Shown here piece after piece: positions 1 through 9,199 of a stretch of 64,000 bases of DNA. Every line of letters starts with the position of its first letter. Position 1 is the stretch's first letter. Source of the DNA: a virus; IMG/VR virus record IMGVR_UViG_3300044949_001773, positions 1 through 64,000 of that record; one strand, 5' to 3'. The notes under the pieces are model-generated. The model was not told the DNA's origin. It did no database searches and was given only the letters and a program-made list of their open reading frames with translations. The position numbers and the translations under genes are program-made.

Positions 1-2
1 TT

Positions 3-671
3 TCTATGTTTAATGATAAGAAAAAAGTAGTATTCTTTGATGAGTTTGATGGGACAACTAATGATGTGATGCTTTGTCTTCGTGGAGTGATTGAGCAACT
101 TCACAATAATGTATGCTTTATTTTTACCTGCAATAATCTTAATAAAATTATTGAACCAATTCAATCAAGGTGTGTTGTTCTTAAATATACTCCCATTCCA
201 AAGAATGAAAAACCTGAGTTGATGGTATCTATTTTTAATAGAATGTCTCACATTCTTGACGAGGAAAATATTGAATATGATAAAAAAGTTGTAGCAGAAC
301 TTATCAAAAACTATTTTCCAGATACAAGGCAACTACTCAATACTCTTCAAAGGTATTCTACAGGGGGAAAAATTGACTCTGGAATTCTTGCTACGTTCTC
401 TGATGTATCTGTAAATGAACTCATTAAAAACCTTAAAGAGAAAAACTTCACTGAAGTACGAAAGTGGGTGGTCTCCAACTTGGACAACGATTCTTCTGTC
501 ATTTTGCGCAGGGTTTATGACTCCCTTTATGATCATCTTGTCCCCTCTACTATCCCTTCTGCCGTTCTTATTATTGCTAAGTATCAATACCAAATTGCGT
601 TTGTTGCTGATCAGGAAATTAACCTCTTAGCAGCATTGACTGAAATTATGTGTGAGTGTGAGTTTCAATGA
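3..671 (+). CDS. gp44: Clamp loader large subunit (gp44), 5'-truncated by the window edge
   Basis: AAA+ Walker B-like FFDEFD, FIFTCN sensor and SRC motif; C-terminal AFVADQEINLLA typical of cyanophage gp44; followed by gp62 and regA. Confidence 0.93.
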   Translation, partial: SMFNDKKKVVFFDEFDGTTNDVMLCLRGVIEQLHNNVCFIFTCNNLNKIIEPIQSRCVVLKYTPIPKNEKPELMVSIFNRMSHILDEENIEYDKKVVAELIKNYFPDTRQLLNTLQRYSTGGKIDSGILATFSDVSVNELIKNLKEKNFTEVRKWVVSNLDNDSSVILRRVYDSLYDHLVPSTIPSAVLIIAKYQYQIAFVADQEINLLAALTEIMCECEFQ

Positions 672-880
672 ATCCTTATAAAATTGATTATAAATCCCTT
701 AAAGAATATCCTATAAAAACTACTCCAGAAAACGTGAAAGAAGCAAATGAAGGTCTTTTTCGTGCTAAAATGACTCTTCCCGCAGCTGCCAAGCATTGTG
801 GTATGACTCAAAAAGAAATGAAATTGACTTTTTTTGAATACTTAAAATATCATAAACCAGACTATACTATTGGATCTTAA
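668..880 (+). CDS. Small hypothetical protein, possible HTH (UPF0175-like)
   Basis: ATGA overlap with gp44; MTLPAAAKHCGMTQKEM resembles a helix-turn-helix. Confidence 0.6.
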   Translation: MNPYKIDYKSLKEYPIKTTPENVKEANEGLFRAKMTLPAAAKHCGMTQKEMKLTFFEYLKYHKPDYTIGS

Positions 881-886
881 TTGAAT

Positions 887-1255
887 ATGGAATTAAAAGA
901 CTGGTTAAATTCAATTAATTTTACAAAGGAAGATTGTTCAGAAAATATCAAAGATTATCCTCCATTTATTATTAATAAGTGTTTATCTGCGCATATTGAT
1001 TGTTTAATATTCTCAAATGAAATGAATATGAATCATCATATAGATAAAGACATGCAATATTCGTTTTATATAAATACAATTAGGAAAAAGAAGAGATTTT
1101 CTCCTTGGATCCGTAAAGATAAGGTCGCAGATTTGGAATGCGTTAAAAAATATTATGGATATAGTAATGAAAAGGCATTACAAGCTCTAAAAATTTTATC
1201 AAAAGAACAAATTAAATTTATTAAAGACAAACTTGATATTGGAGGATTAACATGA
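887..1255 (+). CDS. gp62: Clamp loader small subunit (gp62)
   Basis: MELKDWLNSIN, YPPFIINKCLS, RKKKRFSPW and YYGYSNEKA motifs; synteny; ATG 887 preferred over TTG 881. Confidence 0.92.
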   Translation: MELKDWLNSINFTKEDCSENIKDYPPFIINKCLSAHIDCLIFSNEMNMNHHIDKDMQYSFYINTIRKKKRFSPWIRKDKVADLECVKKYYGYSNEKALQALKILSKEQIKFIKDKLDIGGLT

Positions 1256-1692
1256 CTACTACGGTAGAACCTGAAGTGCATTGGTCACAAGATCAGATGG
1301 TTGAGGTGATTCTCAATGAACCTGATGATTTTTTGAAAGTTCGTGAGACTTTAACACGGATCGGGGTCGCTTCTAGAAAAGAAAAAAAATTATATCAATC
1401 TTGTCATATTCTTCATAAGCAAGGTAGATATTTCATTGTCCATTTTAAAGAACTTTTTGCTCTTGATGGAAAACACGCAAATCTGACCGTCAACGATGTT
1501 CAGCGCAGGAATAGAATTATCAGGCTTCTAGTTGATTGGGGATTGATTACTCTTGTTAATAATGATGAAGCCACTGATATTGCCCCATTAAATCAAATTA
1601 AAGTTATATCCTATAAAGATAAAGGTGATTGGGTGCTTGAGCAAAAGTATAATATTGGCAAAAAGGGGAAAGCAGTTCAGAAAGAAGAATGA
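1252..1692 (+). CDS. regA: Translational repressor RegA
   Basis: DDFLKVRETLTRIGVAS and LYQSCHILHKQGRYFIVHFKELFALDG signature. Confidence 0.97.
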   Translation: MTTTVEPEVHWSQDQMVEVILNEPDDFLKVRETLTRIGVASRKEKKLYQSCHILHKQGRYFIVHFKELFALDGKHANLTVNDVQRRNRIIRLLVDWGLITLVNNDEATDIAPLNQIKVISYKDKGDWVLEQKYNIGKKGKAVQKEE

Positions 1693-1744
1693 ATAAATAA
1701 GTATGAGACTTTCGTGCGGTCTCTACAAAAGTTCGGAACACCCT

Positions 1745-1780
1745 AAAAAGAGGTTCGGTTTTTACCGTTCCTCTTTTTTT
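1745..1780 (+). terminator. Intrinsic terminator after regA
   Basis: aaaaagaggttcggt..accgttcctcttttttt hairpin with U tract. Confidence 0.7.
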
Positions 1781-1855
1781 CGTTTCTTGTATAATTAGTA
1801 TTGGATGCCGAAAGGGTCCACACAATACAAACTCGCTTTTAAAGGAGCTACAATA

Positions 1856-2290
1856 ATGACTAACCTAATGAAATATCAAGCTGCGGATCTTCCTGCTTTG
1901 CTGGAAAGAATTAATCGCAACACGATTGGTATGGATGAGTATTTTGATCGTATTTTTAAAATTCACGAAACAACTTCCAATTATCCTCCATATAACTTAG
2001 TTCAGGTAAGTAATGTAGAATCTAGACTTGAACTTGCACTTGCGGGATTTAAGAAAAAGGAGGTTTATGTCTATACGCAAGATGGAAAATTATATGTTGA
2101 AGGACAAAAGGATGATAAAGAATCTGATGCCAACTACGTCCATAAGGGATTGGCTAAACGATCTTTCAAGAGAGCATGGACAATGGCAGATGATACCGAA
2201 GTATCAGATGTATCCTTTGAAGATGGACTCCTCTCTATCAACTTGAAAAAAATTGTTCCTGACCATCATAAGCGTAAAGATTACTTATAA
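1856..2290 (+). CDS. hsp20: Small heat shock protein Hsp20
   Basis: NYPPYNL, LELALAGF and DGLLSINL alpha-crystallin motifs; SD aaggag before ATG 1856. Confidence 0.95.
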   Translation: MTNLMKYQAADLPALLERINRNTIGMDEYFDRIFKIHETTSNYPPYNLVQVSNVESRLELALAGFKKKEVYVYTQDGKLYVEGQKDDKESDANYVHKGLAKRSFKRAWTMADDTEVSDVSFEDGLLSINLKKIVPDHHKRKDYL

Positions 2291-2394
2291 ATATAATTGA
2301 ATATCGTCGGCGCATGAGGAGCACCTGGCAAAATCCAGGTTGACTCCTCCTTTTTTTATGATAGAATATAGATTGAAGTAGTGTGTTGATTTAA

Positions 2395-2691
2395 ATGGCC
2401 ATAAAACTGATTAAATTGAAAAGTGGAGAAGACATTATAACAAATATTGAAGAGATGGTTATTGAAGACAAGACTGTAGGGTATTTTCTAACAAAACCAT
2501 GTTCAATAAAATTAAAAGAATATAATGATGAATCTGGTGAAAGGAAAGGTTATAAAATCCAATTATTTACATGGGTCCCTTTATCTAAAGATGAGGTTAT
2601 TCCAATTCCTTTGGATTGGACCATCACCATTGTTACTCCTGTAGAAGAGTTGCTAGAAATGTATACAAAAGACGTTCTTAAAAAGTCATGA
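2395..2691 (+). CDS. Conserved hypothetical protein (T4-like phage, upstream of the polymerase)
   Basis: IKLIKLKSGEDII N-terminus; typical position between hsp20 and gp43. Confidence 0.75.
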   Translation: MAIKLIKLKSGEDIITNIEEMVIEDKTVGYFLTKPCSIKLKEYNDESGERKGYKIQLFTWVPLSKDEVIPIPLDWTITIVTPVEELLEMYTKDVLKKS

Positions 2692-2957
2692 TAAAAATTA
2701 TACTGTTAGTAAATAACATGTTACTGATATCTGGAATAGAAGAAATTCCCTCAGAACTTGGAGAGCCAGATTGTAAGTTAGTTAAACCATATTTGATAAA
2801 GTCTCCTCAAATTGAAGGATTGTCAAAAGTTTTAGAGCCATTCTTGATTGGCGTTACTGAGCAAGATTCTTTTATGATTAGTTCGGATAAAATCTTAACA
2901 TTATCCGAACCTACCACAACACTTCTTGAAAAATACCAAACTTTTACTAAAGAATGA
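2688..2957 (+). CDS. Conserved hypothetical protein
   Basis: ELGEPDCKLVKPY motif; ATGA overlaps at both ends. Confidence 0.75.
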   Translation: MIKIILLVNNMLLISGIEEIPSELGEPDCKLVKPYLIKSPQIEGLSKVLEPFLIGVTEQDSFMISSDKILTLSEPTTTLLEKYQTFTKE

Positions 2958-5449
2958 AATTTTATACAAATATCCAAATGATCGGAAATAAGTTTCTGGT
3001 TCGTGGTTATGACAATGGAAAACATGTAATGTTTAAGGATGAATTTTATCCAACACTTTATGTAAAATCTAATAAAGAAACAAAATATAAAAATCTTGAA
3101 GGAGATTTTGTAGAAGAAATAAAACCAGGAACTGTAACTGATTGTAGGGAGTTTTATAAAAAATATGAAAATGTTGATGGGTTTGAAATATATGGAAATG
3201 AAAGATATATTTACCAATACATATCCGAAAAATATCCAGAAGATGAAATTAAGTTTGATATTTCCAAAATCAAATTAGTTACTCTTGATATTGAGGTTGC
3301 TTCAGAAAATGGATTTCCAGATCCGAAGAATTGTGATGAAGAGATTCTTTTGATCTCGATTCAAGATTATACTACTAAAGAAATCATCACTTGGGGGGTA
3401 AAACCATTTGCTAACAAACAAAAAAATGTTAAATATATTCTTTGCGATTCGGAATATCATCTTTTAAACTGTTTTTTGAGTTATTGGGAAAATAATATTC
3501 CGGAAGTAGTCACAGGATGGAATATTCAATTTTATGATATACCTTATATTTGTGGGAGATTGGCTAGAGTTCTTGGTGAAAAAAGAATGAAGAGTTTCTC
3601 TCCTTGGGGATTAGTTACTCAGAAAGAAATTTTTCTCAATAACCGAAATCAAATTTGTTTTGATGTTGGTGGAATCACCCAACTGGATTATTTGGATTTG
3701 TATAAGAAATTTACATATACTGCCCAAGAATCTTATAGACTTGATCATATTGCATCTGTTGAACTTGGTCAGAAAAAATTAGATCACAGCGAATTTGATA
3801 CATTTAAAGATTTTTATTCCAAAGGTTGGCAAAAGTTTGTTGAATATAATATTATTGACGTTGAACTTGTTGACCGTCTAGAGGATAAAATGAAATTGAT
3901 TGAATTGGCAATTACTATGGCATATGACGCCAAAGTTAATTATGCCGATGTATTCTATCAAGTTCGCATGTGGGATACTATCATTTACAATTATTTGAAA
4001 GGCAAAAATATAGTCATTCCCCCAAAAGTAGATTCTTCAAAAGATGAAAAATATGCTGGAGCTTATGTAAAAGAACCTATTCCAGGACGTTATGATTGGG
4101 TTGTTAGTTTTGACTTAAATTCTTTGTATCCTCATTTGATTATGCAGTACAATATAAGTCCCGAAACTCTTTTAGAAAAAAGACATCCGACTATTAATGT
4201 AAGTAAAATTCTTAATAAAGAACTTTCCTTTGAAGATTATATCAATAATTCGATATGTGCTAATGGGGCAATGTATCGTAAAGATGTGCGTGGATTTTTG
4301 CCAGAGTTGATGGAAAAGATTTACAATGAACGTGTTATTTTTAAGAAGAAAATGCTTGCGGCTGAGCAAGAATATGAGAAAACAAAAAACAAAGAGTTGA
4401 TTAAAGAGATTTCGCGCTGTAATAATATTCAAATGGCACGTAAAATTCAACTTAACTCTGCTTATGGTGCTATTGGTAATCAATATTTTCGTTACTATAA
4501 ACTTGCGAATGCTGAGGCGATTACTCTTTCTGGCCAAGTATCAATTCAGTGGATTATGAATAAGATGAATTCTTATTTTAATAAAATTCTTAAGAGTGGA
4601 GACGTTGATTATGTTATTGCTTCAGACACTGATTCTCTTTATATTAATATGGGTCCTTTGGTTGAAACTATATTCAAAGGCAGAGAGAAAACTACTCAAA
4701 GCATTGTTTCGTTCCTTGATAAGATCTGTTCGGTGGAACTTGAAAAGTATATTGAAAGTTCTTACAAAGAATTGGCTGAGTATGTAAACGCATATGCTCA
4801 GAAAATGGTAATGAAAAGGGAATGTATTGCTGAACGTGGTATATGGACTGCGAAAAAGAGATACATTCTAAGTGTGTGGGATAGTGAGGGTGTTCGTTAT
4901 GAAGAGGCTAAACTAAAAATTAAAGGTATTGAGGCGATTAAATCATCCACTCCAGCACCATGTCGTAAAATGTTAAAAGAATCATTTAAAATTATGATGA
5001 GTGGGAGCGAAGATGACATGATTAATTTTATTGAATCGTGTCGTAAGGAATTTAAAAATCTTTCCCCAGAGGAAATTGCGTTTCCGAGAACAGTTTCCGA
5101 TGTTCAAAAATATTATTCGTCTTCTACAATATACAAAAAATCAACACCAATCCATGTTCGTGGAGCATTACTATTCAATCATTATATAAAAAATAATAAA
5201 TTGAATAGTAAATACTCACTAATTCAGAATGGGGAAAAGATTAAATTTGTTTTTTTGAAAACGCCAAATATTATTCACGAAAACATTATTTCCTTTATTC
5301 AAGAATTTCCAAAAGAACTTTCCCTTGACAAATACCTAGATTATGATTTACAATTTGAGAAAGCCTTTTTGGAACCCTTGAAAATTATTTTGGATTGTAT
5401 TAATTGGAATGTGGAAAAAACAACAAGCCTTGATTCATTTTTTCTATGA
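2954..5449 (+). CDS. gp43: Family B DNA polymerase (gp43)
   Basis: Exo motifs DIE and GWNIQFYDIPY; Pol motifs SFDLNSLYPH, KIQLNSAYG and ASDTDS. Confidence 0.98.
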   Translation: MKFYTNIQMIGNKFLVRGYDNGKHVMFKDEFYPTLYVKSNKETKYKNLEGDFVEEIKPGTVTDCREFYKKYENVDGFEIYGNERYIYQYISEKYPEDEIKFDISKIKLVTLDIEVASENGFPDPKNCDEEILLISIQDYTTKEIITWGVKPFANKQKNVKYILCDSEYHLLNCFLSYWENNIPEVVTGWNIQFYDIPYICGRLARVLGEKRMKSFSPWGLVTQKEIFLNNRNQICFDVGGITQLDYLDLYKKFTYTAQESYRLDHIASVELGQKKLDHSEFDTFKDFYSKGWQKFVEYNIIDVELVDRLEDKMKLIELAITMAYDAKVNYADVFYQVRMWDTIIYNYLKGKNIVIPPKVDSSKDEKYAGAYVKEPIPGRYDWVVSFDLNSLYPHLIMQYNISPETLLEKRHPTINVSKILNKELSFEDYINNSICANGAMYRKDVRGFLPELMEKIYNERVIFKKKMLAAEQEYEKTKNKELIKEISRCNNIQMARKIQLNSAYGAIGNQYFRYYKLANAEAITLSGQVSIQWIMNKMNSYFNKILKSGDVDYVIASDTDSLYINMGPLVETIFKGREKTTQSIVSFLDKICSVELEKYIESSYKELAEYVNAYAQKMVMKRECIAERGIWTAKKRYILSVWDSEGVRYEEAKLKIKGIEAIKSSTPAPCRKMLKESFKIMMSGSEDDMINFIESCRKEFKNLSPEEIAFPRTVSDVQKYYSSSTIYKKSTPIHVRGALLFNHYIKNNKLNSKYSLIQNGEKIKFVFLKTPNIIHENIISFIQEFPKELSLDKYLDYDLQFEKAFLEPLKIILDCINWNVEKTTSLDSFFL

Positions 5450-5574
5450 TAAATTTACCAATAACTCTTAACGAATTGGACAAAATACTTTTTGCCTTAA
5501 AATATACTCAACCGAGCTTATATGCCAAGCTTTGGGCTTATAAAATAAACACTTTAACTGGAGATGAAAAATAA
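5446..5574 (+). CDS. Small hypothetical protein (42 aa)
   Basis: MINLPITLNELDKIL...; overlaps the gp43 stop and the uvsX start. Confidence 0.55.
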   Translation: MINLPITLNELDKILFALKYTQPSLYAKLWAYKINTLTGDEK

Positions 5575-6590
5575 TGGATTTTCTTAAAGATATTGTAAAG
5601 GAAATAGGTGACGATTATACTAAATTAGCATCAGACATTGACGAAACAGAAACTTATGTTGATACGGGTTCATACATTTTTAATGCACTGGTCTCAGGTA
5701 GTATATTTGGCGGTGTATCTGGGAATAAGATTACTGCTATTGCTGGAGAGTCTTCTACTGGAAAGACTTTTTTCTCTCTCGCCGTGGTTAAGAACTTTCT
5801 TGATACTAATCCCGATGGTTACTGTCTCTACTTTGACACTGAGGCTGCTATCACTAAATCTCTTTTAGAAAGTCGTGGAGTTGACACATCTCGCTTAGTT
5901 GTTGTTAATGTTGTAACTATTGAAGATTTTCGTGGCAAGGCTCTTAAGGCAGTTGATATTTATCTTAAAAAACCTGTGGAGGAGCGCAAACCATGCATGT
6001 TTGTGCTAGACTCTTTAGGAATGCTTTCTACCGAAAAGGAAATTACTGATGCACTAAATGATAAGCAAGTTCGTGATATGACTAAATCTCAACTTGTTAA
6101 AGGTGCATTCCGAATGCTCACTCTTAAACTAGGTCAAGCAAATATCCCAATGATAGTTACTAATCATGTATATCAAGTTATTGGTTCATATGTTCCTACG
6201 CAAGAAATGGGTGGTGGGAGTGGCCTCAAGTATGCTGCTTCTAGTATTATTAGTCTTGGAAAGAAAAAAGAAAAAGATGGAACAGAAGTCATTGGAAATA
6301 TTATTAAGGCAAAGAGTCTCAAGTCGCGTTTAAGCAAAGAAAATAAAGAAGTTGAAGTTCGTTTGTATTATGATGAAAGGGGACTTGATAGATATTATGG
6401 ATTATTGGAACTTGGAGAGCTAGGTGGTCTTTGGAAGAATGTTGCCGGTCGTTATGAAATAAATGGAAAGAAAATTTATGGAAAACAAATCTTAGCAAAC
6501 CCTGAAGAATATTTTACGGAAGATATAATGCAAAAACTTGATGAAATTGCTAAAAAAGAGTTTTCTTATGGGTTAAAAAATGATAAATAA
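5574..6590 (+). CDS. uvsX: RecA-like recombinase UvsX
   Basis: Walker A GESSTGKT, YFDTE, LDSLG and GGGSGLKYAAS. Confidence 0.96.
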   Translation: MDFLKDIVKEIGDDYTKLASDIDETETYVDTGSYIFNALVSGSIFGGVSGNKITAIAGESSTGKTFFSLAVVKNFLDTNPDGYCLYFDTEAAITKSLLESRGVDTSRLVVVNVVTIEDFRGKALKAVDIYLKKPVEERKPCMFVLDSLGMLSTEKEITDALNDKQVRDMTKSQLVKGAFRMLTLKLGQANIPMIVTNHVYQVIGSYVPTQEMGGGSGLKYAASSIISLGKKKEKDGTEVIGNIIKAKSLKSRLSKENKEVEVRLYYDERGLDRYYGLLELGELGGLWKNVAGRYEINGKKIYGKQILANPEEYFTEDIMQKLDEIAKKEFSYGLKNDK

Positions 6591-6612
6591 GTATGGTTAA
6601 TAACCATACTTA
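6588..6612 (+). promoter_or_regulatory. Perfect 12-bp inverted repeat at the HNH gene initiation region, overlapping a late-promoter-like TAAATA
   Basis: taagtatggtta-a-taaccatactta, ending 2 nt before ATG 6615. Confidence 0.65.
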
Positions 6613-6614
6613 AA

Positions 6615-7175
6615 ATGTTTGTAGATATACACCATATAATTCCAAAATATGAGGGTGGAACTGATCATCCATCTAACTTAGTAAAACTTCCTAGACGACT
6701 TCACCAAGAAGTTCATCATCGCCGTTGGCTTGTATATAATACAATTTCAGATTTGTATGCTTTTCAACTTCTTGGAGGAAATTTGACTGATGATGAGTTG
6801 TCTACAATATATGAGGATCAGGTTAAACGATGTAAAAGAGATCAAAAAAAGCTTACAGCTGCTAGACTAAACTCTGATAAATGGAGGCAATCTCATCAAA
6901 CTGAAGAATATAGACAGCGGAAAAGGGAGCAAAGTATTCTTTTAAATAAACTTGGAAAAATTAATTCTAAAGAAACTTCTAAACTTATAAGTGAAAGAAA
7001 AAAAGCGGTTAAAAATTATAATTCTAAGTATATTTTTGTTTATGGTAAAATATGGGAAGATGCTGTAAAATGTGTAGGAGCTGGAGAATCTATGGGATTG
7101 ACCGTAAGACAATTGAGATATAGGGCAAAAAATAAAAATTATCCAGACATATATTACATTGAACGTGAGGATTAA
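6615..7175 (+). CDS. Free-standing HNH homing endonuclease
   Basis: HHIIPKYEGGTDHPSNLVKL..H...H HNH motif; basic linker; C-terminal HTH-like segment; inserted between uvsX and gp41. Confidence 0.85.
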   Translation: MFVDIHHIIPKYEGGTDHPSNLVKLPRRLHQEVHHRRWLVYNTISDLYAFQLLGGNLTDDELSTIYEDQVKRCKRDQKKLTAARLNSDKWRQSHQTEEYRQRKREQSILLNKLGKINSKETSKLISERKKAVKNYNSKYIFVYGKIWEDAVKCVGAGESMGLTVRQLRYRAKNKNYPDIYYIERED

Positions 7176-7177
7176 TT

Positions 7178-8551
7178 ATGGAGAAAGTTGAGTTTCTAAT
7201 TCTTAGAAACCTATTACATGATGAAGAATATTTAAGAAAAGTATTGCCATTCATTAAAAATGAATATTTTGAAGATTCTGACCAAAAAATAGTATTTGAA
7301 GAAATTTCAAAGTTTGTATTGGAATATAATAATATTCCTACTAAAGAAATATTATGTATTGAAATTGAAAAAAGAGTAGACATAAATGAAGATCAATTTA
7401 AAAAATTAATTCATTTAGTATCACATCTTGAAAGTATTGTAGTAGAAAAGAAGTGGTTATTGGATACTACAGAAAAATGGTGTCGTGATCGTGCCATTTA
7501 TCTGGCACTCATGGAATCTATTCATATTGCTGATGGTGATGATAAAAAATCACCAGATGCTATTCCTTCAATACTTCAAGATGCTCTTTCAGTAAGTTTT
7601 GATAATCATGTGGGTCATGATTATCTTGGGGATTATGAAAAACGTTATGAATCGTATCACAAAAAGGAAGAAAAAATTGAATTTGATCTTGAATACTTTA
7701 ACAAAATCACGAAAGGTGGTCTCCCTAACAAAACTCTTAACATCGCTCTTGCTGGTACGGGTGTCGGCAAGTCTTTATTCATGTGCCATGTGGCTAGCTC
7801 CGTCTTGCTCCAAGGGAGGAACGTTCTGTACATTACGTTGGAAATGGCAGAAGAACGTATTGCTGAAAGAATTGACGCAAATCTCTTAAATGTTCCAATT
7901 CAAGAGATTGTTGATCTGCCAAAACAAATGTTTGAAAACAAAGTAACAAACTTGGCAAAGAAAACTCAAGGAACTTTAATTATTAAAGAATATCCAACTG
8001 CTTCGGCGCATTCTGGGCACTTCAAATCTCTTCTTAATGAACTTTCTCTTAAAAAGTCATTTAAACCGGATATCATCTTTATCGACTATTTGAACATTTG
8101 TGCTTCCAGTAGGTATAAGGGAAATAGTAGTATTAACTCTTATACTTTTGTAAAGGCAATTGCCGAAGAACTTCGTGGACTTGCAGTGGAGTTTAATGTT
8201 CCTATTGTAAGTGCTACTCAGACAACTCGTTCTGGATATGGTTCTTCTGATGTGGAACTGACTGATACCTCGGAATCATTTGGTCTTCCTGCGACTGCTG
8301 ACCTAATGTTTGCTCTGATTTCTACGGAAGAACTTGAAGGACTTGGACAGATTCTTGTTAAACAACTTAAGAATCGTTATAATGACCCTACCATTCATAA
8401 GCGTTTTGTGATTGGTATTGATCGTGCTAAAATGCGTCTTTATGATTGCGAACAATCTGCTCAACAGGATATCCTTGACAACGGGAAAGATGAAGAGTAT
8501 GATTACGAAGAAAAGAAACCTAAAAAAACATTTGAGGGATTTAAATTCTGA
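7178..8551 (+). CDS. gp41: Replicative DNA helicase (gp41)
   Basis: AGTGVGKS Walker A, ITLEMAEE, IDYLNI, SATQTTR and KQLKNRY. Confidence 0.97.
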   Translation: MEKVEFLILRNLLHDEEYLRKVLPFIKNEYFEDSDQKIVFEEISKFVLEYNNIPTKEILCIEIEKRVDINEDQFKKLIHLVSHLESIVVEKKWLLDTTEKWCRDRAIYLALMESIHIADGDDKKSPDAIPSILQDALSVSFDNHVGHDYLGDYEKRYESYHKKEEKIEFDLEYFNKITKGGLPNKTLNIALAGTGVGKSLFMCHVASSVLLQGRNVLYITLEMAEERIAERIDANLLNVPIQEIVDLPKQMFENKVTNLAKKTQGTLIIKEYPTASAHSGHFKSLLNELSLKKSFKPDIIFIDYLNICASSRYKGNSSINSYTFVKAIAEELRGLAVEFNVPIVSATQTTRSGYGSSDVELTDTSESFGLPATADLMFALISTEELEGLGQILVKQLKNRYNDPTIHKRFVIGIDRAKMRLYDCEQSAQQDILDNGKDEEYDYEEKKPKKTFEGFKF

Positions 8552-8970
8552 TGACTGATAAAAAAGTAATTGATTCTGACAAATACATTGATTTTGTTCG
8601 TCAAACTACAAGCCCAGCAAGTAGCGATTTTGCTCAACTTCTTTCAAGAATGACTGAACTTGAAGCTCAACATGATGCCGATGTTCCTCGTCTTTTGACT
8701 GCTGCTCTTGGTATGAGTGCTGAAGCTGGGGAGTTTACTGAGGTGGTAAAAAAGATTATTCTCCAAGGTAAGCCTTATACTGAAGAAAATGTATTTCATA
8801 TGAAGCGTGAGCTTGGTGATATTTGTTGGTATATTGCTCAAGCTTGTATGGCACTTGGTACTAATTTCCGTGAAATTATGGAAATGAACTATGAGAAACT
8901 AAGTGCTCGTTACCCAGAGGGTGCATTTGATGTTTATCGTTCTGAAAATCGTGTGGAGGGAGATCTATGA
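8551..8970 (+). CDS. mazG: MazG-like nucleotide pyrophosphohydrolase
   Basis: EAGEFTEVVKK, KRELGDICWY and NYEKLSARYP. Confidence 0.93.
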   Translation: MTDKKVIDSDKYIDFVRQTTSPASSDFAQLLSRMTELEAQHDADVPRLLTAALGMSAEAGEFTEVVKKIILQGKPYTEENVFHMKRELGDICWYIAQACMALGTNFREIMEMNYEKLSARYPEGAFDVYRSENRVEGDL

Positions 8971-9146
8971 CTAAAGAAAATCAAGTAACACTTAATATGA
9001 ATATTCGTACAGCAGCAGCAGTTCGTCAAGTTTTATTTGAATCTCAGAAAGGATATACGAATGATGTTACCACAGTACCTCCTCGTATTTTTGAAATTCG
9101 TGAAGTGATTGCTGATCTTGATGATAATATTGGAAAAGTTGTTTAA
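8967..9146 (+). CDS. Small hypothetical protein (59 aa)
   Basis: ATGA overlap with mazG; SD ggaggg; MTKENQVTLNMNIRTAAAVRQVLF... Confidence 0.65.
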   Translation: MTKENQVTLNMNIRTAAAVRQVLFESQKGYTNDVTTVPPRIFEIREVIADLDDNIGKVV

Positions 9147-9151
9147 TAACT

Positions 9152-9179
9152 GACCCTTCGGGGTCTTTTTTTATAAATA
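9152..9179 (+). terminator. UUCG-loop intrinsic terminator fused to T4 late promoter TATAAATA
   Basis: gaccc-ttcg-gggtc-ttttttt, then tataaata at 9172-9179. Confidence 0.8.
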
Positions 9180-9199
9180 TCTAAAATACTCTTAGTTAG

